Part shown: positions 10,299-18,961 of the stretch, in pieces
Layout of the letters: each line of letters opens with the position of its first letter
Position numbering within the stretch: position 1 is the stretch's first letter
NCBI GenBank assembly: GCA_963713045.1
Contig: CAVQKE010000005.1
Span: 160,001-224,000 of the forward strand
Length of the DNA stretch: 64,000 nt
Reading direction: 5' to 3'
Source: an uncultured delta proteobacterium
Lineage (GTDB): Bacteria; Myxococcota; Myxococcia; Myxococcales; Myxococcaceae
Made by a program: the position numbers and the translations under genes
The notes under the pieces: generated by a model
The model's input: only the letters and a program-made list of their open reading frames with translations
What the model was told of the DNA's origin: nothing
Databases searched by the model: none

Positions 10299-12037
10299 CG
10301 GGCCAACAGGGCGCGCACCGCTGCTGCAATGCCGTCCTTGTCCAGCCCCAAGCGTTGGCGTTGGGCCCGCGCGTCCCCATGGCGGACAAACGCATCCGGA
10401 AGCCCCAACAGCCGAAACCGCGGACAGCGTCCGGTGGCCGCGGCGCGTTCCAGCACTGCGGCTCCAAGGCCCCCGTGGGTCGTACCCTCCTCCACCGTCA
10501 CCACCACGCCCATGGCACAGGCTGCGTCCACGGCGGCCACATCCAACGGAGACAGTAGGCGAGCGTCCAGCACGGCCACGCCGTCGAGGCCGCGGGCAGC
10601 CTCCAGCGCCGACAGGGCCACCGGCCCCAAGGCCACCACGCAGGCCCGCGGGCGTTCCGGCAACAGTAACCAGCGGGCGGTCTCCACCGGCGCGACGGAA
10701 GGGGCCATGCCAGCCGGCGACTCAGGCAGGGTGCCGCGCGGAAAGCGCAGCGCGGCGGGCCCTGGGCCAGCGAGGGCAGTGGCCAACATCGGCTGGACGT
10801 CCTCCCCCAGCACGGGCGCGTACAAGCGCAGGCCGGGCAGCGGCCGCAGCAGCGCCAAGTCAAACGCGCCCTGGTGGGTGGCCCCGTCCGCACCGACCAG
10901 GCCGGCCCGGTCCACCGCCAGCGTGACGGGCAGGCCAGGCAGCACCACGTCATGCACCAGCTGGTCCATCGCGCGCTGGAGAAAGGTGCTGTAGAGGAAG
11001 CACACCGGCCGCGCCCCACGCGCGGCCAGGCCGGCGGCGAAGGCCACCGCGTGTTGTTCGGCGATGCCCACGTCATACACGCGGCTGGGGAAGCGCGCCC
11101 GCAGGCCCCCCAGGGCGGAGCCCTCCACCATGGCCGGCGTCAGCGCCACCACCCGAGCGTCGGCGTCCATGGCCTGGCCGAGGGCGTCTGCAAACGCCTC
11201 GCTGAAGGTGCGCTTCCCCCCGCGGCTGCGGACCAGCTTGCCGTCCCGTAATTCGTACGGGCCCATGGCGTGGCCGCGGGTTTGGGAGTCCGTCTCGGCC
11301 GGTAAGAATCCCCGGCCTTTCTCGGTGCGCACGTGCACCAGCACCGGTTTGCGGCTGCGGCGAGCCTCGGCCAGCGCGGGCAGCAGCGCTTCAAAGCGGT
11401 GCCCATCCAGCGGACCGAGGTAGCTGAAGCCGAGGGCCTCGAAAAAGGAGCGGGCGGCACTGGACTGAAGCATCCGCGCCACCGCGCCGACATTGCTGGA
11501 AATGGACATGCCATTGTCGTTGAGGACCACCACCAACGGCTGCCGCGAGGCCCCGGCGTTGTTGAGGCCTTCAAAGGTGAGGCCCCCGGTGAGGCCGCCG
11601 TCGCCCACCACCGCCACCGCGCGGGTCTGGGTAACGCCCTCGGCCGCCATGGCCTCGGCCATTCCGAGGGCGACGGACACCGCCGTGCAGGCGTGCCCGG
11701 CCCCAAACGCGTCGTGCACGCTTTCCCGTGGCTCCAGGAAGGGCGCAATGCCGCCCTCCTGCCGCAGCGTGTGCATGCGCTGGCGCCGGCCCGTCAACAG
11801 CTTGTGGGCATAGGCCTGGTGGCCAACGTCAAAGACGAGGGCGTCCTTGGGCGAGTGGAAAACGCGGTGCAGCGCGACCACCAACTCCACCGCCCCGAGA
11901 GAGGCCCCCAGATGGCCGCCCACCCGGCCGCAGACCGCCACAATTTCCTCGCGCAGCTGGGCGGCCAGGGCGGGCAGGGCCTCCTCGGGAAGCGCTCGCA
12001 GCGCCTCCGGGGAGTCCACCCAAGGCAACAGCGTCAA
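10295..12037 (-). CDS. dxs: 1-deoxy-D-xylulose-5-phosphate synthase
   Basis: GGHLGASLGAVEL, DVGHQAYAHK, GDGG...NDN ThDP motif, GIAEQHAV, YSTFLQRA, DGATHQG. Confidence 0.96.
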   Translation of the reverse strand: MTLLPWVDSPEALRALPEEALPALAAQLREEIVAVCGRVGGHLGASLGAVELVVALHRVFHSPKDALVFDVGHQAYAHKLLTGRRQRMHTLRQEGGIAPFLEPRESVHDAFGAGHACTAVSVALGMAEAMAAEGVTQTRAVAVVGDGGLTGGLTFEGLNNAGASRQPLVVVLNDNGMSISSNVGAVARMLQSSAARSFFEALGFSYLGPLDGHRFEALLPALAEARRSRKPVLVHVRTEKGRGFLPAETDSQTRGHAMGPYELRDGKLVRSRGGKRTFSEAFADALGQAMDADARVVALTPAMVEGSALGGLRARFPSRVYDVGIAEQHAVAFAAGLAARGARPVCFLYSTFLQRAMDQLVHDVVLPGLPVTLAVDRAGLVGADGATHQGAFDLALLRPLPGLRLYAPVLGEDVQPMLATALAGPGPAALRFPRGTLPESPAGMAPSVAPVETARWLLLPERPRACVVALGPVALSALEAARGLDGVAVLDARLLSPLDVAAVDAACAMGVVVTVEEGTTHGGLGAAVLERAAATGRCPRFRLLGLPDAFVRHGDARAQRQRLGLDKDGIAAAVRALLAR

Positions 12038-12921
12038 GCCTGGCGCTCCACGCTGTAGCGTGCCAGGGCGGCCAGCGGCCCGGGCTTCGGCTCGAGCGCC
12101 TGCACCGCCTGCACGGCGCGCTGGACCAGCGCGGCGGCCTTGTGGCGGGAGGCGTCCAGCCCCAGCACCGCTGGGTAGGTGCGCCGTCCCGCCTCGGCGT
12201 CCGCCCGAGACGGCTTCCCCAAGGCCTTGGCCGAAGCGGTGACGTCCAAGACGTCATCCGCAATTTGGAAGGCCAGCCCGACGGCTTCCCCATACACGCT
12301 GGCTGCCTCCAACTGGGCCGGGGAGCCCCCGGCGGAGGCCACCCCCAAGGTGCAGGCAGCCCGCAGCAGGGCGCCGGTTTTCAGGCTGTGGAGACGGCTT
12401 AAGTAGGCTTCCTCGGCGGGCCTGTCCTCGGCCACGTCCAACACCTGGCCGCCCACCATGCCCGCGGCACCGGCTGCGCGGGCCAGCTGTTGCACCAGGG
12501 TAGCGCGGACTGCCTCCGGCCCGGCGGCGAGGAGGGCGAAGGCCTCGGTGAGGAGGGCGTCCCCGGCCAAAATGGCCAAGGCTTCGCCAAACACCACGTG
12601 GCTGGTGGGCTTGCCGCGGCGCAACGCATCGTCATCCATCGCCGGCAAGTCGTCATGGATGAGAGAGTAGGTGTGCACGTATTCCACGGCGCAGGCCGCG
12701 TCCTCGGCAGCGGGCGGTGCGCCGGCGCGGGTGACCGCCTCGGCAAACGCAAGGCACATCACGGGACGCAGGCGCTTGCCGCCACCCAATAGCGAATAGG
12801 CCATGGCGTCGCGCAACAGCACGGGCGCGTCGGCCAGGCGCTCCAGGCTTTTGCCCAACAGCAACTCCACCCGGGCGCCTTGGCTGTGGAGGTACGCCTC
12901 GAGCGAAAAGGGGACGTCCAT
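12034..12921 (-). CDS. ispA: Geranyltranstransferase / farnesyl diphosphate synthase
   Basis: GGKRLRP, HDDLPAMDDD (FARM), GDALL, FQIADDVLD (SARM). Confidence 0.95.
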   Translation of the reverse strand: MDVPFSLEAYLHSQGARVELLLGKSLERLADAPVLLRDAMAYSLLGGGKRLRPVMCLAFAEAVTRAGAPPAAEDAACAVEYVHTYSLIHDDLPAMDDDALRRGKPTSHVVFGEALAILAGDALLTEAFALLAAGPEAVRATLVQQLARAAGAAGMVGGQVLDVAEDRPAEEAYLSRLHSLKTGALLRAACTLGVASAGGSPAQLEAASVYGEAVGLAFQIADDVLDVTASAKALGKPSRADAEAGRRTYPAVLGLDASRHKAAALVQRAVQAVQALEPKPGPLAALARYSVERQA

Positions 12922-12941
12922 GCCGGAGGGCGCAGCGTGCC

Positions 12942-13232
12942 CTAAAAGGGAATGTCCTCGTCTTCCCCGGCCGGCGAAGTGAGGCGCCCGGCTGCGGCCT
13001 TCGTCTCGAGCGGCACCGCCCTCTCCTGCCCTTGGTGCTCCAGCAATTCCTGCACCCGGCGGTCCGCTTGGGCCAACAACTCCTCTCCCTTTTGGACGAG
13101 GCGAATGCCCTTCTCAAACTCGGCCAGCGTGTCCTCGAGGCTGAGTTGCCCCGTCTCCAGCTTCTTCACCACGTCCTCGAGGCGCTCCACCACCTCGCTG
13201 TAGGGCTGTGCCTTCTCGGTGCTGGTTGCCAC
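12942..13232 (-). CDS. xseB: Exodeoxyribonuclease VII small subunit
   Basis: LEDVVKKLETGQLSLEDTLAEFEKG pattern; lies between xseA and ispA. Confidence 0.92.
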   Translation of the reverse strand: MATSTEKAQPYSEVVERLEDVVKKLETGQLSLEDTLAEFEKGIRLVQKGEELLAQADRRVQELLEHQGQERAVPLETKAAAGRLTSPAGEDEDIPF

Positions 13233-13325
13233 GGCAAACCTCCCCGGCAGCTGCCCTTCCGGTGCGGACTGCCAGCGTCCCTCCTACCGGAGGGCGGCTG
13301 CCGCGCGCAAACCCCAATTCCGCCG

Positions 13326-15167
13326 CTAGCCCTGCGGGGTGCCAGGCGCCCGGACGCCGGTGACGGTGGCGTCCACTTCGCCACATTCGGCCAGAGAGCG
13401 GCTGCCGGGCGGTGCCCAACGCAGCCGCAGCGCCATGCCCACCTGGGCCTCCTCGGCCCGGGCCAGCAGCGACCCGGTGTCCGCGCGGTAAGCGACGGCG
13501 TAGCCGCGGGCCATGACTTTGAGGGGGCTGAGGGCGTCCAGTTTGGCCGAGGCGCCGTACAGGCGCTGGCGCTCGGCGTTGACCCGGGCCACGCCGGATG
13601 CCTGCAGCTGCCCGCGCAGCGCCGCCAGCCTTCGGTGCGAATCCGCCAGAAGCCCCGCCGGGGCGCGACGCTCCAGCGCTCGCCGGCTGCGCACCAGCAC
13701 CTCTCGCTCGCGCACCAGGCGCCGCTGCACTGCCTGCACCAGCCGGGCCCGCAGCGCGTGCACCGCCTCACGCCGTTGGGCCAACAGCGCCTCCGGACGG
13801 AAGCGGTCCAACCGCTCGCGCAGCCGGCGAATGCCCTCGCCGTGGGCGCGCACCGCCCGCCGGGTACTGGCCTCCAGCCTGTCCTCCAACGTCACCAATT
13901 CCTGGCGCAAGTCCGCCACCGCGTGACGGGGGCTTTCCAGCTGTCGGCGCAATTCCGCCAGCGCGTGGCGGCGCTGCGCCAGGGCCGCCGCCACGGCGCG
14001 CCCTAGCCGCAGGCGGCCTTGGGCGAGTTCCGCCTCCAACTCCGCCAGCACCGGCACCACCAACTCCGCAGCGGCGCTGGGGGTGGGCGCGCGGACGTCC
14101 GCGACGAAGTCCGCAATGGTGACGTCCGTCTCATGGCCCACCGCGGACACCACCGGCACCGGGAAGGCGGCAATGGCGCGCGCCACCACTTCCTCGTTGA
14201 ATGTCCACAGGTCCTCGGCCGAGCCCCCGCCGCGGGCCACCACCACCACCTGCACGTCGGTGCGCGCCAGGCGCGCCAGCGCGCGCACCACTTCCTCCGC
14301 GGCCCCCGGCCCCTGCACCCGGGCATGGGCCAGCAGAATCGACGCCCGCGGGTGGCGGCGCAGCACAATGCGTAAAAAGTCCTGCAGCACCGCGCCGGTG
14401 CGGCTGGTGACAATGCCAATGCGGGAGGGCAGAAGCGGGAGTGGGCGCACCGGGCGCAGGCGCCCTTCGCCCATCAGGCCCTCGGCGGCGAGCCGTTCCT
14501 TCAGCTGGGCGAAGGCCAGCGCCATTGCGCCAGCGCCGGCCGGCTCAATCCGCTGGACAATCAGGCTATAGCGGCCAGCGCGCGCGTAGACGTCCAAGTA
14601 GCCCTCGGCCAGGACTTCCAGGCCTTCTTCCAGACGGAAGCGCACGGAGCGGGCTGCGGAGGCCCAGATTTTGACGTCCAGCGTCGCGCCCGCGTCCTTC
14701 AGGCAGAAGTAGAGGTGGCCGGTGGCGTTGGGGCCGCGGAAGCCGGAGACCTCGCCGCGCACCAGCACTCGGCGGAAGCTGGGCTCCAGGGTCCCCTTCA
14801 CAAGTTCCGTCAACTCACTCACCGTCAACACCACCGGCTCAAGCGGCCGGGCCCGGGTCGGCTCCACGTCCACCCGCTCAACGCCCTCGGCAGCTGGCCG
14901 CAACGCGCGCGGCACGGAGAGGGGCCGGCTTTCGAGGGCCACCGCGGGACGAGGCCGAGGGGACACCTCCACCACCGGGGCGGCCACCACCGTCGGCTGC
15001 GGCGGCGCGGCCTCGGGCGTGGGGGAAGGCGGGCGCACCACGTTCGGCACCGCGGCCTCGGCAGGGCGCGGAGGGCCCGGGGCGGCCTCGGCTTGGGCGA
15101 AGAGGTCTCCCTGTTCCACGCGTTGCAGTGCGCTGGCGCTGCCGGGACGTCCCTTTCTGGTGGCCAC
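13326..15167 (-). CDS. xseA: Exodeoxyribonuclease VII large subunit with Pro-rich N-terminal extension
   Basis: LTVSEL, GHLYFCLKD OB-fold, ARGGGSAEDL, SAVGHETD, PTPSAAAE, LSPLKVMARGY. Confidence 0.95.
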   Translation of the reverse strand: MATRKGRPGSASALQRVEQGDLFAQAEAAPGPPRPAEAAVPNVVRPPSPTPEAAPPQPTVVAAPVVEVSPRPRPAVALESRPLSVPRALRPAAEGVERVDVEPTRARPLEPVVLTVSELTELVKGTLEPSFRRVLVRGEVSGFRGPNATGHLYFCLKDAGATLDVKIWASAARSVRFRLEEGLEVLAEGYLDVYARAGRYSLIVQRIEPAGAGAMALAFAQLKERLAAEGLMGEGRLRPVRPLPLLPSRIGIVTSRTGAVLQDFLRIVLRRHPRASILLAHARVQGPGAAEEVVRALARLARTDVQVVVVARGGGSAEDLWTFNEEVVARAIAAFPVPVVSAVGHETDVTIADFVADVRAPTPSAAAELVVPVLAELEAELAQGRLRLGRAVAAALAQRRHALAELRRQLESPRHAVADLRQELVTLEDRLEASTRRAVRAHGEGIRRLRERLDRFRPEALLAQRREAVHALRARLVQAVQRRLVREREVLVRSRRALERRAPAGLLADSHRRLAALRGQLQASGVARVNAERQRLYGASAKLDALSPLKVMARGYAVAYRADTGSLLARAEEAQVGMALRLRWAPPGSRSLAECGEVDATVTGVRAPGTPQG

Positions 15168-15209
15168 GGGTGCACCGTACCCAGGGGCCCCGACGCCGTG
15201 CCAGGGGGG

Positions 15210-16202
15210 CTAGAAGGCCTTGGGGGACAGCCCGAGGCGCTGGAGCTCGGCCTGGGCGGAGGCGGCCTCGGGTGTCCCAGGGAAGCCGTGCACCACCCGG
15301 CTGCAGGCCGCTTGCGCCTCGGGTAGGTGTTGCAACCGCGCTTCGATGGCGCACAACTCCGAAAGAAGGGGCAGCGCCTGCGCGCCGGAGACGTCCTTCA
15401 GACGAAGGAGGAGGGTTTGGCGCCGCGCCTCATCGCGCGTGCGCTGGGCGGAAGCGTCGACGGGAGCTGCTTGCGCAGCGGGTGCGGCGGCCGCTTGCGC
15501 GTCGGCTTCTGCAGTGCCGCGGAGGCCGGACACGGTGACAGTTTGGGGCGCGGGGGCGCCGCCGGCTGAAGCCCGCGCTGCAGGCGCCCCGTACAGGGTT
15601 GGCTGGGCCGCGGCCCGGGCGTCGGCGCCGCTGGTGGCCTTCAGGGACTCCGTGGCCGCCACTTCGGCCCGGGGCGAGGCTTCGCGCGTTGCGACCGGAG
15701 GCGGCGGGGGCGCCATGGCCTTGGCCTTCTTCGCCGAGGCGGCGCTGGGTGCAGAGGCAAGCGCCACGTTCCCCGGTGCGGCGCCGGCCGAGGGCTGCGC
15801 TTCGTTGGCGGCCAGGGCACCCTGCGGCAAGGCCGCCGGCGCCGGCGCGCTGGCCACGGCGGAGGGTGCCTCGGGTACCACCGCGGGGCGGAGCGAGATG
15901 AGGACCAGGGCGGCAGCCAGGGCGGCTGTCACCAGCGTCCCCGCCCGGAAGGCCAGGCGCCGGCGCCGGGTGCGTTCGGCGGTTTGCCGTGCGGCGAGGA
16001 GAAGCGCTTCGGCGCCTCCCGCCGGCAACTCTCGGGGAAGGGCCCGCGCGGCACCGCGGACGGCCCGGTAGCCCGCCACGTGGCTCGCGCACTCGGGACA
16101 GCGGTCCAGGTGCGCTTGCACACGGCGAGCCTCCTCGGGGGAAAGCTCGCCGTAGACGTAGTCCAACAGCGCGTCGCTGGGGTGGGGGCCGGGCGCCGTC
16201 AT
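15210..16202 (-). CDS. Zinc-finger (zf-HC2) transmembrane anti-sigma factor
   Basis: HLDRCPEC (HxxxCxxC), one TM helix, Ala/Pro linker and a C-terminal TPR-like helix pair. ATGA overlap with the upstream ECF sigma gene. Confidence 0.85.
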   Translation of the reverse strand: MTAPGPHPSDALLDYVYGELSPEEARRVQAHLDRCPECASHVAGYRAVRGAARALPRELPAGGAEALLLAARQTAERTRRRRLAFRAGTLVTAALAAALVLISLRPAVVPEAPSAVASAPAPAALPQGALAANEAQPSAGAAPGNVALASAPSAASAKKAKAMAPPPPPVATREASPRAEVAATESLKATSGADARAAAQPTLYGAPAARASAGGAPAPQTVTVSGLRGTAEADAQAAAAPAAQAAPVDASAQRTRDEARRQTLLLRLKDVSGAQALPLLSELCAIEARLQHLPEAQAACSRVVHGFPGTPEAASAQAELQRLGLSPKAF

Positions 16203-16783
16203 CGAGGGGCCTCCTCCATCGGGGCCGTCACCCCGGCACGGCTGAGCTGCTTTCTCAGCGCCTCCAGGGCGTAGCGCATCCGGCTCTTCACGGTGGGCAC
16301 TGGGACGCCGGTAATGCTGGCAATCTCGGCAAAGGGAACACCGGCCACCTCGCGCAGCAGAAACACCTCGCGCTGCTCCGGCGGCAGATGAGCCACCGAG
16401 GCCTCGAGGAGGCGCCGCAGCTCGGCCGAGCCGGCGCCGCGCTCTGGGTTACTCCACGCAGTCGCAGCGTCCACCGGCTCCTCGTCCAGCGGCTCGGTCG
16501 CCCGGAGCGCCGCGCGGCGCACCCCGTCCACGCAGGCGTTGCGAGCGATGGTGTACACCCAAGTCATGAATCTCGCCGTCGGCTGGTAGCTGCCCGCGCC
16601 ACGCACCACGTGAAGCCAAGTTTCCTGCAACACATCCTCCGCTCGGGAATTGTCCTGTGTCAGCCGCAGGACGAAGGCGAAGACGCGGGCGTGGTGCCGC
16701 TGCACCAGCACGGCGAAGGCTCCGCCGTCCCCCTTGCGGTAACGCCCCATCAACTCTTCGTCCGAGGGCTCCACGGGCTTCAA
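16199..16783 (-). CDS. ECF RNA polymerase sigma factor
   Basis: SDEELM, AEDVLQETW, WVYTIARN, LPPEQREVFLLRE, TVKSRMRYA. Start estimated (TTG 16783 or GTG 16774). Confidence 0.93.
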   Translation of the reverse strand: MKPVEPSDEELMGRYRKGDGGAFAVLVQRHHARVFAFVLRLTQDNSRAEDVLQETWLHVVRGAGSYQPTARFMTWVYTIARNACVDGVRRAALRATEPLDEEPVDAATAWSNPERGAGSAELRRLLEASVAHLPPEQREVFLLREVAGVPFAEIASITGVPVPTVKSRMRYALEALRKQLSRAGVTAPMEEAPR

Positions 16784-16844
16784 CGCACAGAAGCGTGAAG
16801 AAGTTTTAGCCGAAATGCAGTGGGGCGGCCTGGCAGTCGAGCGC

Positions 16845-17633
16845 CTACCCGGCCCCGGGCGGGGCCGGGTCCACCTCCACCGTCCGGACGCCGGGCGGGG
16901 GGTGCACGGCAAAGAGGGCTGCATCCGGCGGCACGTCCACTTCGACGTCGGTGGGACTCCACCGCAGGACCACCGTGGCGCTGGCGTCGCTGAACGTCAC
17001 CTTGCGCGGGAGGGCCGCGCCGCCGGTGTTGGAGGGCTGCTCGAGAAGAAGCGTGTAGCCACCCGGGCCTTCGAGGACGCTTTTCAGGACGCGTCGACTC
17101 ACCGCGTGCACCCACACCGTCTGCCGGCGCTCGCCCTGCACCAGCGTTACCCGGTAAGCGTCCATCGAGGCGTCGGGCTCAATCGACGTCGGCGCGACGT
17201 GGAGCCGGGGCGTGCGGCCGAGGAGAATGGCCACCAAGTCCTGGCTCGAGAGGTCGACCGGAAGAACGCGGGAAATGGCCGAGGCGGTGGCCGGGCCGGT
17301 GAGGTACGTCCCCTTGTCGCTTTGGTAGAGGCCGAAGGTGTGGCCGTCCGAGACGAGGACCTGTGTCGGGGCCCCGAAAAAGTTGAGCAGCTCCAGGTGC
17401 ACATCCGCTGGGGCGCGGGCGGCGATGAAGGCCCCCACCTCGCCGCTCCCCTGTTTGGAATGGGCCTGCACCCGGGCCGAGCCCTTTACCTGCACCACCT
17501 GGCTCTCGAGCGCGTCGACTTGCTGAAGCAGTGCCGTCGCGCTGGGCATGGGAAGCTGCCCCAACTCCACGTGGGCACAGCCCACGAGGCCCATGCTAAG
17601 CGCCAGGAACAACTGGCGGCCGGCGCTGTTCAT
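16845..17633 (-). CDS. Lipoprotein, LolA/LolB-like (DUF4292-type) fold predicted
   Basis: Lipobox LVG-C after MNSAGRQLFLALSMG; beta-rich body with a LELLNFFG motif. Confidence 0.65.
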   Translation of the reverse strand: MNSAGRQLFLALSMGLVGCAHVELGQLPMPSATALLQQVDALESQVVQVKGSARVQAHSKQGSGEVGAFIAARAPADVHLELLNFFGAPTQVLVSDGHTFGLYQSDKGTYLTGPATASAISRVLPVDLSSQDLVAILLGRTPRLHVAPTSIEPDASMDAYRVTLVQGERRQTVWVHAVSRRVLKSVLEGPGGYTLLLEQPSNTGGAALPRKVTFSDASATVVLRWSPTDVEVDVPPDAALFAVHPPPGVRTVEVDPAPPGAG

Positions 17634-17687
17634 AGCGGGCCAAAAAGCACGTAACGTGCAGACTCCACAAGGGTTAGAGATGACTTC

Positions 17688-18386
17688 ATGAGTCCGAGCG
17701 AGTTGCTCCATTACCTCCGCCTAGGCGGCCTCACCCTCATTCTGATTCTCCTCGCCTCGGTGCTGAGCCTGGGCGTGGCCGTGGAACGGTGGATGGCCCT
17801 GTGGAATGTCAGCGGCGAAAGCCGCGCGCTGAGCGACGTCATCAGCCGCCACCTTCTGCGCGGAGACGTGCCTTCGGCGCGCGGTGCCGCCGAGCGCTCG
17901 CCGGCCTTGATTGCCGACCTCTTCCGGGTGGCCTTCGAGCGGCTCGAGCACACCCGTGCCGTGACTCCGGCCCTGGAGGCCGCGGTCGAGCGCGAGCGCG
18001 CGCAGCTTCAGCTGCGGCTGAAGAAGAACCTGTGGATTTTGGGCACGGTGGGCGCGACCACGCCCTTCATCGGCCTCTTTGGCACGGTCGCCGGCATCAT
18101 GCGCAGCTTCCGAGACTTGGGCATCGACGTGTCCGCCGGCGGCACCGGTGGGAGCGCCGCTGTGATGACCGGCATCAGCGAGGCGCTGGTCTCCACCGCT
18201 GCCGGCATTCTCGTCGCCGTGCTGGCGGTGGTGCTCTACAACTACTTCCAGTCCCGCATCGGCCGCATCAACATTGAAATCCGGCTGTTGGCCGAGGAAT
18301 TCGTCGAGACGCTGCGCGAGCGGCCGACGACGCCGCTGGCGCTGCAGGTCGAGCCCCCGACGACGGCTTCGGCAGAGGCGAACTGA
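17688..18386 (+). CDS. MotA/TolQ/ExbB proton-channel family protein
   Basis: Three TM segments; TPFIGLFGTVAGIM and GISEALVSTAAG motifs. Confidence 0.93.
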   Translation: MSPSELLHYLRLGGLTLILILLASVLSLGVAVERWMALWNVSGESRALSDVISRHLLRGDVPSARGAAERSPALIADLFRVAFERLEHTRAVTPALEAAVERERAQLQLRLKKNLWILGTVGATTPFIGLFGTVAGIMRSFRDLGIDVSAGGTGGSAAVMTGISEALVSTAAGILVAVLAVVLYNYFQSRIGRINIEIRLLAEEFVETLRERPTTPLALQVEPPTTASAEAN

Positions 18387-18396
18387 CGCCGTGGCG

Positions 18397-18843
18397 ATGA
18401 ATATTCCAGGGGGCGATGGAGAGGACGCGGATGGCGTCTTCAGTGAAATCAACATCACGCCCCTCACCGACATTTTCCTGGTGCTGCTCATCATCTTCAT
18501 GGTGACCAGCTCGGTCATCGTCAACCAGGGCCAGGGCGCGGCCAAAGCGGGCCTCAAAGTCAATCTGCCCAAGGGCAGCGCCTCGGACGTCACGCCGGCC
18601 ACCACCGACCTCTCGGTGGCGGTGCTGTCCGACGGTCGCCTGGTACTGGCCGGCGATGTGGTGACGGCAGACGAGCTGAAGAAGGCACTGGCCGCAGCCG
18701 AGGCGAAAAACCCCAGCACCCTGGTCGTCATCCAGGCCGACGAGGGCGTGCCACACGGCAAGGTGGTGGCAGTGATGGAGATGGCCAAGGGCGCCGGGCT
18801 GGCGCAGCTGGCCATCGGCGTGCGCGAGGCGCCGCAGAAGTAA
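18397..18843 (+). CDS. ExbD/TolR family protein
   Basis: EINITPLTDIFLVLLIIFMV TM helix with the conserved Asp; VNLP and IQADEGVPHGKVVAVME. Confidence 0.93.
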   Translation: MNIPGGDGEDADGVFSEINITPLTDIFLVLLIIFMVTSSVIVNQGQGAAKAGLKVNLPKGSASDVTPATTDLSVAVLSDGRLVLAGDVVTADELKKALAAAEAKNPSTLVVIQADEGVPHGKVVAVMEMAKGAGLAQLAIGVREAPQK

Positions 18844-18911
18844 CGTCTCCTGTCACAGCTGGAAGACTCGCCCCCGGCGTGCCCACTGCAGGAAGGAGCG
18901 TTTCCAACTCG

Positions 18912-18931
18912 CCTCCCCCCCCCCGGGGAGG
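18912..18931. terminator. GC hairpin between convergent exbD and diguanylate cyclase genes
   Basis: CCTCCCC...GGGGAGG inverted repeat containing a C10 run; no U-tract. Confidence 0.35.
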
Positions 18932-18961
18932 CCACTGGGGTGCGGAGCCGGTGGTTGGGGT

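Noticed and set aside
17688..18843. Naming the TolQ/TolR-like pair aglR/aglQ/aglS
   Set aside because: Only one TolR-like gene is present and there is no supporting synteny.
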